Shown: in pieces, positions 33,335-41,917 of the stretch
Layout: each line of letters opens with the position of its first letter
How positions within the stretch are numbered: position 1 is the first letter of the stretch
Source of the DNA: Candidatus Parcubacteria bacterium
GTDB lineage: Bacteria > Patescibacteriota > Patescibacteriia > Patescibacteriales > Patescibacteriaceae
NCBI GenBank assembly: GCA_023459655.1
Contig: JAEWTE010000040.1
Location: 1 to 55,212 of the forward strand
Direction of reading: 5' to 3'
Length of the DNA: 55,212 bases
Notes under the pieces: generated by a model
What the model saw: the letters and a program-made list of their open reading frames with translations, nothing else
Databases searched by the model: none
What the model was told of the DNA's origin: nothing
Program-made: the position numbers and the translations under genes

Positions 33335-34693
33335 ATGTCGGAAACTCCGGCTAAAAACCTTAATATTGCTTATTCTGATGAAATCAATTCTTCAGCCACA
33401 CAGCTTGAATTTGTAAAACAGAGTGAGACTGGCCCAGGTAGTGAAGATGGCCAATATATTTATACTATGCCTAGAGCTTTTCGCTTTGGGTCTAAAACCA
33501 ATTCAGGCAATAAAGTTGGCTTATTGGTTATGTTTTTTGGTTTGTTATTATTTATTGCTTTGGTTTATGTTGGTTTTTTAGTTTTAAGTAAGAAGCCAAT
33601 TTTTAATTTTAATCCCGATAACTCAGTTGAATCAGTTTCTCCTACTAATACTATTAGCCCAACTACTACTCCTAGTCCAATTAATCAGGCTGAAGAAGTT
33701 AGTATTGATTTATCTGATCCCGAACAAGCTTATTTGCAATTACGCTTAAAACTTGATCAAGCATTGACTCTTGAAGATTATCTTAATATTTTTATTGCTG
33801 GTGCTAGCCAAGATAAAGCTCATCAATTATATGAGCAGACTATTGGTCTAGAGGCATTATCAGCTAGTCAAAAATCAAGCACGCTTAGTATTAGTAAGAC
33901 TATGTTGATTCCGTTATCATCGGCTGATCAAATTACTAAAGAAATTAATGGTAATCAAGCTACTCTTACTATTACTAAAGCAGATACCAATCGGTCAGCG
34001 ATTGTTAAGCTGTTATTGGAAGATGGTCAGTGGCGATTTGATAATGAGGGTTGGCAAGATAATTTTATTGAACCAGCCACGTCTAGCCCCGCGATTATTG
34101 ATGAACCAATTTTGGACGATAATGATGATTTTATAATCAAAGAATTTTCTTTAGATGTTGATACTGATCAAGACGGTTTAACTGATAAAGAAGAAATTAT
34201 TTTGGGTACTAATCCCAATAGTTCTGATAGTGATAGTGATGGTTATGATGATTTAACGGAGTTACGATCTGGCTATAATCCGGCTGGTAGTGGTAAATTA
34301 GGTGGCAATAAGGGTTTGCGATTGATTAAACATGGTGATTGGTCAATTTTGATGCCAAGCTTGTGGAGTAGTCAATTGGGTCGTGATAATTCAGCTATTT
34401 TTCGAGCTGATGATGGACAATTTATTCAATTGAACATTGCCAACAAACCGGTTAATCAATCATTAATTGACTGGTATCAAGAAATATTTAAAGTTTTTAC
34501 TGAACAAATTCCAGACATTTTAATAATTGATCAACATCAAGCTGTTTTTAGTCCGGATGGTTTAACTTATTATATTACCAAGCCAGAACTTGATTATTTA
34601 ATCAGTTTGACTTATAGTCCGGAGTCTAATAATTTATTGAGTTATAATAATATTTTTCATTTAATGTCAGATAGTCTGACGATTGATAATTAA
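33335..34693 (+). CDS. Single-pass membrane protein with TSP3 repeats and an unknown C-terminal domain
   Basis: TM LLVMFFGLLLFIALVYVGFLVL, plus DVDTDQDGLTDKEEIILGTNPNSSDSDSDGYDDLTELRSGYNP. Confidence 0.7.
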   Translation: MSETPAKNLNIAYSDEINSSATQLEFVKQSETGPGSEDGQYIYTMPRAFRFGSKTNSGNKVGLLVMFFGLLLFIALVYVGFLVLSKKPIFNFNPDNSVESVSPTNTISPTTTPSPINQAEEVSIDLSDPEQAYLQLRLKLDQALTLEDYLNIFIAGASQDKAHQLYEQTIGLEALSASQKSSTLSISKTMLIPLSSADQITKEINGNQATLTITKADTNRSAIVKLLLEDGQWRFDNEGWQDNFIEPATSSPAIIDEPILDDNDDFIIKEFSLDVDTDQDGLTDKEEIILGTNPNSSDSDSDGYDDLTELRSGYNPAGSGKLGGNKGLRLIKHGDWSILMPSLWSSQLGRDNSAIFRADDGQFIQLNIANKPVNQSLIDWYQEIFKVFTEQIPDILIIDQHQAVFSPDGLTYYITKPELDYLISLTYSPESNNLLSYNNIFHLMSDSLTIDN

Positions 34694-34697
34694 AGTT

Positions 34698-35105
34698 ATG
34701 ATATTTTGTCGTAACCTAACTAGACAATCAGTAGATTTATTAAAATGGCAAAAATTGAGTCAGCTTTTTTTAAATGAACAGGGTGGTCAAGGTGAAGTTA
34801 GTTTGGTGGTGGTTGGTGATCAGCGAATGCGTAATTTAAATCGACAATATCGCCAGCAAGATAAAGTTACCGATGTTTTGTCATTTGTTGCTACCGATTT
34901 TGGGCAATTAGGTGAGGTTATTATTGATTATCAGCAAATTATACGACAAGCCAAGCGTTTTGGTAATTCAGTTTGGCAGGAGTTTATTTTTATAACTACT
35001 CATGGGTTATTGCATTTACTAGGTCATGATGATAATGATCAATTAGGTTGGCAGACCATGGAAAAAATTAGTCAAAATTTTATTGATAATCATCAAATAT
35101 GTTGA
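34698..35105 (+). CDS. ybeY: rRNA maturation endoribonuclease YbeY
   Basis: Zinc motif HGLLHLLGHDD. ATG 34698 is preferred over the in-frame TTG at 34683. Confidence 0.88.
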   Translation: MIFCRNLTRQSVDLLKWQKLSQLFLNEQGGQGEVSLVVVGDQRMRNLNRQYRQQDKVTDVLSFVATDFGQLGEVIIDYQQIIRQAKRFGNSVWQEFIFITTHGLLHLLGHDDNDQLGWQTMEKISQNFIDNHQIC

Positions 35106-35479
35106 GTCGTCGTCGTTTATGGAAAAGCTTTCGTTATGCTCAGTCTGGTTTAAAGCGAGTTGCTCATGAAGAGCAGAATTTTGCGGTTGAATTATTAATT
35201 GGTTTAATAGCGGTTATTCTGGCCGGTTTATTAAAGTTTGGTCTGGTTGAATGGGCCATTTTGTTATTAACTATCGGTTTTGTATTATTGGCGGAATTGC
35301 TTAATAGTGCCGTGGAAAGAGTTAGTGATTTATTAAAACCACGGTTAGATATTGGTGTCAAAGAGATTAAAGATATTATGGCCGCGGGTGTGTTTGTAAC
35401 CGCTATTATTGCCGTGACAATTGGTTTTTTATTGTTCATTCGGCCATTATTTAATTTTGTTTATCAATATTTTCAATAA
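35099..35479 (+). CDS. dgkA: Diacylglycerol/undecaprenol kinase family protein
   Basis: 126 aa with 3 TM segments, EEQNFAVELL and AELLNSAVERVSD motifs. Overlaps ybeY by 7 nt (ATGTTGA). Confidence 0.85.
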   Translation: MLSRRRLWKSFRYAQSGLKRVAHEEQNFAVELLIGLIAVILAGLLKFGLVEWAILLLTIGFVLLAELLNSAVERVSDLLKPRLDIGVKEIKDIMAAGVFVTAIIAVTIGFLLFIRPLFNFVYQYFQ

Positions 35480-35484
35480 AAAAT

Positions 35485-36738
35485 ATGAGAGATCAAGCAT
35501 TAGTTGCCGGTTTAGATATTGGATCAACAGAGATTAGACTGGTGGTCGGTCAGGCTACAGCCGGACAATTGCAGGTTATTGGGGCAGTGGCTGCTCCGGC
35601 CGCCGGTATGAACAAAGGTATTGTTAATAATATTGAAGAGGTTGCCTCTTCGGTAGTAGCTTGTCTGGAAAAATCAGAAAGATTAATCGGTGTTCGAATT
35701 GACAGTGTTTATGTCGGAGTTAGTGCACCTAATTTAAAATGTGAGCGGAGTAAAGGTGTTGTAGCGATTAATCAACTCAATAATGAGATTACTCCAGAAG
35801 ATGTTAATCGAGTTATTGAAGCAGCTCAGGCCCTATCTTTACCAGCCAATTATGAAGTTTTACATGTTATACCAATAAAATATCGAGTTGATAATCAAGA
35901 AGATGTTAAGAATCCCGTGGGCATGTCGGGTATTCGTTTAGAGGTTGAAGTTTTAATAATTCAATCATTGGCTAATCAGATTCGCAATTTAACTAAAGCC
36001 ATTGAACAATCAGGTTTATCGATTATTAGTCCAGTTTTAGCTCCATTGGCCGCGGCTGAGGCAGTGGTCAGTGCTAGATCAAAAGAATTAGGGGTAGCGT
36101 TAGTTAATATTGGTTCATTAACTACTAGTTTGGCGGTGTTTGAAGAAGGTGAGTTATTGCATGCGGCTATTTTACCGATTGGTTCTGATCATATTACGGC
36201 TGATATTGCTATTGGTTTGCGTTGTTCAATTAATTTAGCTGAGAAAATCAAATTAGAATTTGGTCAAGCCAATCCAGATAAAATTGATAAAGATGATGAG
36301 GTAGATATTACTCCGTTAATTTCGCCAGATAATGAAGTTGATGAACCGATGACTGTGCCAATGAAATATCTATCAGGAATTATTGAAGCTCGAGTTGCTG
36401 AAATATTTCATAAAATCGATGCTGAATTAAAAAAAATTAATCGTTCAGGAATGTTGCCAGCCGGAGTAGTTTTATTAGGTGGTGGTGCCAAATTAGCTGG
36501 CTTAACCGATTTGGCTAAAAAGAATTTGCGTTTGCCGGTTTGTTTAGGAGCAAATCGTAATGTTGCGGCAGTAATTGATAAGGTTAATGATTTAAGCTAT
36601 TTAACAGCTTTAGGTTTAGTAGCTTGGGGTGATCATTATGATTTTATAAATGGCGGAGAGGCTAGTGGCCGAATTTTTCAACCTGGTCAAGCAATTAAAA
36701 AAGCTAAAGATTGGTTTGGTTCATTATTTTTAAAATAG
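35485..36738 (+). CDS. ftsA: Cell division protein FtsA
   Basis: Actin-like ATPase: GLDIGSTEIRLVVG...VNIGSLTTSLAVFEEG...VVLLGGGAKLAGL. It sits immediately upstream of ftsZ. Confidence 0.9.
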   Translation: MRDQALVAGLDIGSTEIRLVVGQATAGQLQVIGAVAAPAAGMNKGIVNNIEEVASSVVACLEKSERLIGVRIDSVYVGVSAPNLKCERSKGVVAINQLNNEITPEDVNRVIEAAQALSLPANYEVLHVIPIKYRVDNQEDVKNPVGMSGIRLEVEVLIIQSLANQIRNLTKAIEQSGLSIISPVLAPLAAAEAVVSARSKELGVALVNIGSLTTSLAVFEEGELLHAAILPIGSDHITADIAIGLRCSINLAEKIKLEFGQANPDKIDKDDEVDITPLISPDNEVDEPMTVPMKYLSGIIEARVAEIFHKIDAELKKINRSGMLPAGVVLLGGGAKLAGLTDLAKKNLRLPVCLGANRNVAAVIDKVNDLSYLTALGLVAWGDHYDFINGGEASGRIFQPGQAIKKAKDWFGSLFLK

Positions 36739-36820
36739 CCAGCTTGATTTTTTTGCTTAGATAATCTACAATCAAGACAATTATATCTCTTAATTTTATA
36801 GCTTGTTAGCTAATATCTCT

Positions 36821-38023
36821 ATGACAGAAATCAAGCCAGCAGTTGAGGCGCCAGCCAAAATTAAAGTCGTTGGCGTCGGTGGTTCCGGCGGAAACGCCAT
36901 TAATCGGATGATTGAAGGTGGTATCAAGGGTGTCGAATTTATTGTTATTAATACTGACATCCAAGATCTTAACTACAATAAAGCGCCAGTTAAAATTCAT
37001 ATTGGCAAAACTGTTACCAAGGGTTTAGGAGCTGGTATGAATCCCGATCTTGGTCGTGATGCTGCCGCTGAATCTCAAAATGAAATCAGAGATGCTCTTA
37101 AAGGAGCTGATATGGTTTTTGTAACCTGTGGTTTAGGTGGGGGTACTGGGACTGGTGCTTCGCCGGTTGTGGCAGAATTAGCTCATGATTTAGGAGCTTT
37201 AACTATTGCTGTAGTTACTAAACCATTTACTTTTGAAGGAGCTCAACGACGCAAGATTGCTGAGCGTGGTCAAATTGAATTGACTGATAAAGTTGATGCG
37301 GTTATTACTATTCCCAATGATCGTATTTTCCAGGTGATTGAAAAAAAGACTACCATTTTAGAAGCATTTGGTATTGTTGATGATATCTTAAGACAAGGTG
37401 TTCAGGGTATCTCTGAAATAATTAATGTTCCAGCTTTGATTAATGTTGATTTTGCTGATGTTAAATCAATCATGATGAATGCTGGCAGTGCTTTGATGGG
37501 GATTGGTCAGGCTAGTGGTGAGAATCGAGCCATTGAAGCAGCCAAAGCCGCCATTAATTCACCGCTATTAGAAATGTCAATTGACGGGGCTAAAGGTGTG
37601 CTATTTACTATTACTGGTGGACCGAGCTTAGCTTTAGATGAAATTCATGAGGCGGCTAAGATTATTACTAATTCAGTTGATGAAGAGGCTAGAATAATTT
37701 TTGGTACTTCAGTTGATAATAATTTTAAAGATGAAGTTCGAGTTACTGTAATTGCGACCGGCTTTGATGGTCAGATTGGATCCGATAGTCAATCTAATAG
37801 TAAGAACTACGATCATTTTTATAAACCAACTACCTTTGTTGAAAAAAATCAGCCAGATGATGAGGGTGAAGAAGTTAAAGAAAATCGTAAAGGTTTAATG
37901 TCGGCCTTAAAGAAAGCTCAATCAGAACCAGCTCGACCGATTGTACCAGCCAGCTCGATGCCTGAAAATGAAGATGAAGATGATTTAAGTATTCCAACTT
38001 TTTTGCGAAAAAAATTGATGTAA
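36821..38023 (+). CDS. ftsZ: Cell division protein FtsZ
   Basis: [13 protein letters not shown] and [16 protein letters not shown]-terminal peptide [15 protein letters not shown] 36821 is preferred over the TTG at 36803. Confidence 0.95.
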   Translation: MTEIKPAVEAPAKIKVVGVGGSGGNAINRMIEGGIKGVEFIVINTDIQDLNYNKAPVKIHIGKTVTKGLGAGMNPDLGRDAAAESQNEIRDALKGADMVFVTCGLGGGTGTGASPVVAELAHDLGALTIAVVTKPFTFEGAQRRKIAERGQIELTDKVDAVITIPNDRIFQVIEKKTTILEAFGIVDDILRQGVQGISEIINVPALINVDFADVKSIMMNAGSALMGIGQASGENRAIEAAKAAINSPLLEMSIDGAKGVLFTITGGPSLALDEIHEAAKIITNSVDEEARIIFGTSVDNNFKDEVRVTVIATGFDGQIGSDSQSNSKNYDHFYKPTTFVEKNQPDDEGEEVKENRKGLMSALKKAQSEPARPIVPASSMPENEDEDDLSIPTFLRKKLM

Positions 38024-38049
38024 AACGAATAAAATTTTTATACAAAAAA

Positions 38050-38085
38050 ATGTCACCTTTTTATAGGGTGGCATTTTTTATTATT
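38050..38085 (+). terminator. Rho-independent terminator after ftsZ
   Basis: atgtcacctt / tttat / agggtggcat (10 bp including 2 G-U pairs), followed by ttttttattatttttt. Confidence 0.65.
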
Positions 38086-38106
38086 TTTTAGCCTATTTTT
38101 TAGCCC

Positions 38107-38134
38107 TTGTTCACTTTTTTAAAAGTGCTATAAT
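38107..38134 (+). promoter_or_regulatory. nrdR-nrdD-nrdG promoter
   Basis: TTGTTC (38107-38112), 16-nt spacer, TGcTATAAT (38126-38134). Confidence 0.55.
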
Positions 38135-38146
38135 TAAGTCATCAGA

Positions 38147-38195
38147 TAACTACATTTTGTGGATAAGCAATTAGTTTTAACACAATATGTAGTTT
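38147..38195 (+). promoter_or_regulatory. Pair of NrdR-box-like operators
   Basis: Box 2 acacaatatgtagttt (38180-38195) matches the published NrdR box acaCwAtATaTwGtgt at about 14 of 16 positions. Box 1 (38147-38162, core actacattttgtgg) is close to the reverse complement of box 2. Centres are ~31-33 bp apart. Confidence 0.6.
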
Positions 38196-38207
38196 TAGCC
38201 AAAAATT

Positions 38208-38663
38208 ATGAAATGTCCGATTTGTTATCATTCTGAGACCAAGGTGGTGGACTCGCGAGTCGCTAGTGACGGCTTGTCGATTCGCCGCCGCCGCGAATGT
38301 TTAAAATGCAGTTTTCGTTTTTCTACTTATGAAGAAACAGAAATTCTGGACTTATTAATAGCTAAACGCAATGGTCATAAGGAGGCGTATAGTCGAGATA
38401 AAATGATTTGTGGCTTGCGCAAAGCTACTGAGAAGCGACCGATTAACAGTGATCAATTTAAGCGGCTAGTCAATTTAATTGAGCGAGATATTCAGGCCAA
38501 GCGTCAAAGTGAAATTGATAGTCAAGATATTGGTCGGATTGTTATGCGTCACTTAAAAAAAATCGACAAAGTTGCTTACATTCGTTTTGCTAGTGTTTAT
38601 TCTGATTTCGAGTTGCAAGATTTAAGTCAAGAATTAAACCGGCTACTTAAATTAAAAAATTAA
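38208..38663 (+). CDS. nrdR: Transcriptional repressor NrdR (zinc ribbon plus ATP-cone)
   Basis: MKCPICYHSETKVVDSR...RRRRECLKCSFRFSTYE. Confidence 0.93.
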   Translation: MKCPICYHSETKVVDSRVASDGLSIRRRRECLKCSFRFSTYEETEILDLLIAKRNGHKEAYSRDKMICGLRKATEKRPINSDQFKRLVNLIERDIQAKRQSEIDSQDIGRIVMRHLKKIDKVAYIRFASVYSDFELQDLSQELNRLLKLKN

Positions 38664-38675
38664 AACTTAAGTTTT

Positions 38676-40718
38676 ATGAGTCAAGGTATTAGCAAAATTT
38701 GTAAGCGTTCGGGGGAAATAGTTGATTTTGATCAAGTTAAAATTTTTACCGCAATTAATAAGGCAATGATTGCTGCTGGCCAACCAGACGAAGTCAGAGC
38801 TCAAGTTATTGCTGACGAGGTTATTAAATTGATTAATCAAAAATTTCATGCTCGTAGTATTCCAGCGGTTGAAGAAGTTCAAGATACAGTTGAAGAAGCC
38901 TTGATTAATAATCGTTTAATTAAAGTAGCCAAGGGCTATATTTTGTATCGTGATCAACATGCTCGTTTGCGCAATCTTTCTTTGATGATTGATTCAGAAA
39001 AGATCATGGATGATTATTTAAAACAAACTGATTGGCGAGTTAAAGAAAACTCTAATATGAGTTTTAGCTTGCAGGGTTTAAATAATCATCTAGCTTCAAT
39101 TATTTCATCAACTTACTGGTTAAATAAAGTTTATGATGCGCCAATCCGTGATGCTCATCAAAATGGTGATTTTCATTTGCACGATTTACAGATTTTAGCG
39201 GCTTATTGTGCTGGTTGGGATATTAAAGATTTATTATTAAAGGGATTTGGTGGAGTTGGTGGCAAGGTTGAATCCAAACCACCAAAGCATTTTAGAACCG
39301 CTCTAGGGCAGATAACTAATTTCTTTTATACTGTTCAAGGTGAAGTAGCTGGAGCCCAAGCTTTTTCTAGTTTTGATACTTATTTGGCGCCTTTTATCCG
39401 CTATGACAAACTGACCTATGCTGAAGTCAAGCAGGCCATGCAAGAGTTTCTTTATAATGTTAATGTGCCCACTAGAGTTGGTTTTCAAACACCGTTTACC
39501 AATATTACAATGGATTTAAGACCATCTAAATCATTGGGTGAAGAAAATGTTATTATTGGTGGTGAATTGAAGGCGGAGCGATATCAAGATTTTCAACCGG
39601 AAATGGATATGCTTAATATTGCCTTTGCTGAATTAATGATGGAAGGTGATGCCAAGGGGCGAGTATTTTCTTTTCCAATTCCAACCTATAATATTACCAA
39701 AAATTTTGAATGGGATTCGTCGGTGGCTGACAAGATTTTTGAGATGACTCGCAAGTATGGTATTCCCTATTTTTCTAATTTTATTAATTCTGACATGGAT
39801 CCAGATGATGCTAGGTCAATGTGCTGTCGTTTGCGGTTAGATAATCGTGAATTACGCAAGCGTGGCGGTGGTCTATTTGGAGCCAATCCATTAACTGGAT
39901 CAATTGGTGTAGTGACTATTAATTTGCCGCGGATTGGTTATTTGAGCCAAACCAAAGAAGAATTCTTTGAACGATTAGCTAGTTTGATGAGATTGGCACG
40001 AGAGAGCCTGGAGGTTAAACGAGAGATTATTGAAAAATTAACCGAAGGCGGACTCTATCCTTATGCTCGTCATTATTTAGAGGGTATCAAGGAGCGGTTT
40101 GGTGGTTATTGGAATAATCATTTTGGAACTATCGGTTTGGTTGGTATGAATGAAGCCTTGATTAATTTTGCGCCAATTGCTAGCGACATTGCTAGTCCAG
40201 CTGGCCATCAATTTGCTGAAGAAATTCTAGAGTTTATGCGTGAAACCCTGGGTAAATTTCAGGAAGAAACCAATCATTTGTATAATCTAGAAGCGACTCC
40301 AGCTGAAGGTACTTCCCGGCGTTTGGCTCGGCTGGATCGCGATCTTTATCCAAATATTAAGGTGGCCAATAGCTCTAATCCAGAACAAGCTCCATTTTAT
40401 ACCAATTCAACCCAATTACCGGTTAATTTTACTAGTGATATTTTTGAAGCTTTGGAATTACAAGATAGTCTGCAAACCAGATATACTGGTGGCACGGTTT
40501 TACATTTTTTCTTAGGTGAGTCTTTGCCAAGTTCTTCAGCTGTTCGTACATTAGTCCGTAAAATTGCCGAAAATTATCATTTACCATATTTTACGATTAC
40601 CCCAACTTTTTCAGTTTGTCCTAAACATGGCTATATTGCTGGTGAACATCCTTATTGTCCCAAATGTGATGAAGAGATTGGCTATCATCCTGAGCCTGGT
40701 TTGGCTCGAACTATTTAG
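38676..40718 (+). CDS. nrdD: Anaerobic (class III) ribonucleoside-triphosphate reductase, large fragment lacking the glycyl-radical loop
   Basis: N-terminal ATP-cone, then a class III core (thiyl-radical loop region DDARSMCCRLRLD..., LYNLEATPAEG, FYTNSTQLP). Ends after the Zn-ribbon TFSVCPKHGYIAGEHPYCPKCDEE at TAG 40716-40718. Confidence 0.85.
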   Translation: MSQGISKICKRSGEIVDFDQVKIFTAINKAMIAAGQPDEVRAQVIADEVIKLINQKFHARSIPAVEEVQDTVEEALINNRLIKVAKGYILYRDQHARLRNLSLMIDSEKIMDDYLKQTDWRVKENSNMSFSLQGLNNHLASIISSTYWLNKVYDAPIRDAHQNGDFHLHDLQILAAYCAGWDIKDLLLKGFGGVGGKVESKPPKHFRTALGQITNFFYTVQGEVAGAQAFSSFDTYLAPFIRYDKLTYAEVKQAMQEFLYNVNVPTRVGFQTPFTNITMDLRPSKSLGEENVIIGGELKAERYQDFQPEMDMLNIAFAELMMEGDAKGRVFSFPIPTYNITKNFEWDSSVADKIFEMTRKYGIPYFSNFINSDMDPDDARSMCCRLRLDNRELRKRGGGLFGANPLTGSIGVVTINLPRIGYLSQTKEEFFERLASLMRLARESLEVKREIIEKLTEGGLYPYARHYLEGIKERFGGYWNNHFGTIGLVGMNEALINFAPIASDIASPAGHQFAEEILEFMRETLGKFQEETNHLYNLEATPAEGTSRRLARLDRDLYPNIKVANSSNPEQAPFYTNSTQLPVNFTSDIFEALELQDSLQTRYTGGTVLHFFLGESLPSSSAVRTLVRKIAENYHLPYFTITPTFSVCPKHGYIAGEHPYCPKCDEEIGYHPEPGLARTI

Positions 40719-40742
40719 CTATTAATTATTTAATTTTATTTT

Positions 40743-40901
40743 ATGTCCCCTTTAGAAACCCAACGCACTCCTTGTGAAGTTTATAGCCGCGTAACTGGTT
40801 ATTTACGACCAGTTAAACAATGGAATGATGCTAAGCAAGCTGAATTTGCTAATCGTCAAACCTTTGTAGTTGGTGATGAATCAGCTGGTTGTGATTGTTA
40901 G
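40743..40901 (+). CDS. Stand-alone 52-aa glycyl-radical domain of NrdD (not in the ORF track)
   Basis: MSPLETQRTPCEVYSRVTGYLRPVKQWNDAKQAEFANRQTF... carries the canonical NrdD C-terminal radical motif (RV.GY.RPV..WN..K..EF..R). It is in the same frame as nrdD, but two stops separate them (TAG 40716, TAA 40731). Confidence 0.7.
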   Translation: MSPLETQRTPCEVYSRVTGYLRPVKQWNDAKQAEFANRQTFVVGDESAGCDC

Positions 40902-40910
40902 TCATAGTTC

Positions 40911-41642
40911 ATGATTATTGGCGGGTTACAACCGATTAGTTTATTAGATTATCCTGATAAATTAGCGGCAATAATTTTTACCCAAGGTTGTAATTTTCAG
41001 TGTCGATATTGTTATAATCCCATGCTTGTCCGGCCGGCAACGGCTGGTGCCACAAATACCACAGGTCAGCCAGCTTATTCGCTGGCTGACCTGTGGGCGT
41101 TTTTAGATCAACGGCAAGGCCGTCTCGAAGCAGTGGTAATCACTGGTGGTGAACCAACTTTGCATCGCGATTTACCAGAATTTATTGCCGAAATAAAACG
41201 GCGCGATTTATTAGTTAAATTAGATACCAATGGCACAAACAGTCAAATGGCTAAACAGTTAGTGCAAGATGGTTTAATTGATTATTTAGCTATGGATATT
41301 AAAGCTCCCTGGGATAAATATGGGCAGATTATGTCTTTGCCGGATGATATTTTAAACCGATTAACCAAGGAGTCTAGAACAACAGCTGAATGGTTAATTG
41401 CCGATAAACCGCTTGATTATGAATTTCGAACCACAGTTATTCCAAAATTAACAACAATACTAGATATTCAATTAATGGCCGAACAATTAGTTGGGGCCCG
41501 ACTATGGTATTTGCAAAAGGGTCGATTGACCGGTGATTTACTCGATACCAGTTTAATTGGTGGACAAACTTATACCGATGCTGAAATGGCTGAATTATTG
41601 GTCTTAGCTCAAGCTAAGGTACCGACTGCTCAAGTTCGTTAA
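40911..41642 (+). CDS. nrdG: Anaerobic ribonucleotide reductase activating protein (radical SAM)
   Basis: ISLLDYPDKLAAIIFTQGCNFQCRYCYNP (CX3CX2C) and VVITGGEPTL. Confidence 0.88.
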   Translation: MIIGGLQPISLLDYPDKLAAIIFTQGCNFQCRYCYNPMLVRPATAGATNTTGQPAYSLADLWAFLDQRQGRLEAVVITGGEPTLHRDLPEFIAEIKRRDLLVKLDTNGTNSQMAKQLVQDGLIDYLAMDIKAPWDKYGQIMSLPDDILNRLTKESRTTAEWLIADKPLDYEFRTTVIPKLTTILDIQLMAEQLVGARLWYLQKGRLTGDLLDTSLIGGQTYTDAEMAELLVLAQAKVPTAQVR

Positions 41643-41671
41643 TTGGTCGACTGAGATTTTTTTGCTATAAT
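41643..41671 (+). promoter_or_regulatory. Sigma70-like promoter with extended -10
   Basis: TTGGTC, 17-nt spacer, TGcTATAAT (41663-41671). Confidence 0.45.
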
Positions 41672-41701
41672 ATTGAAATAAGCTAGCTTAATTTTGATCT
41701 T

Positions 41702-41917
41702 ATGGATGAAGATTTAAGGCGTATTTTAGCTGAACAAGCCGCAGCTATTGCTGAAATTAGAGAAAATTCTCGATTGACCTATAAATATATTCGTCGTCAG
41801 CGCCTGTGGGGATGGATTAAATTAATCATCATCATCATTCCATTGATTGCCAGTATAATTTATTTACCACCGCTATTAAAAGATTTATTTGATTTGTATA
41901 AATCTAATTTATGTTAG
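41702..41917 (+). CDS. Small membrane protein (71 aa, one TM)
   Basis: Amphipathic N-terminus followed by WIKLIIIIIPLIASIIYLPPLL. Its own promoter-like element lies upstream. Overlaps the prfB start by 7 nt. Confidence 0.45.
   Translation: MDEDLRRILAEQAAAIAEIRENSRLTYKYIRRQRLWGWIKLIIIIIPLIASIIYLPPLLKDLFDLYKSNLC

Noticed and set aside
40716-40742. Stop-codon readthrough, recoding (Sec/Pyl) or alternative genetic code joining the two nrdD pieces
   Set aside because: There are two different in-frame stops (TAG 40716 and TAA 40731) within 24 nt, and the spacer would add a meaningless LLII..FYF peptide. All other genes terminate normally at TAA, TAG or TGA. RF2 with its UGA frameshift site is present.
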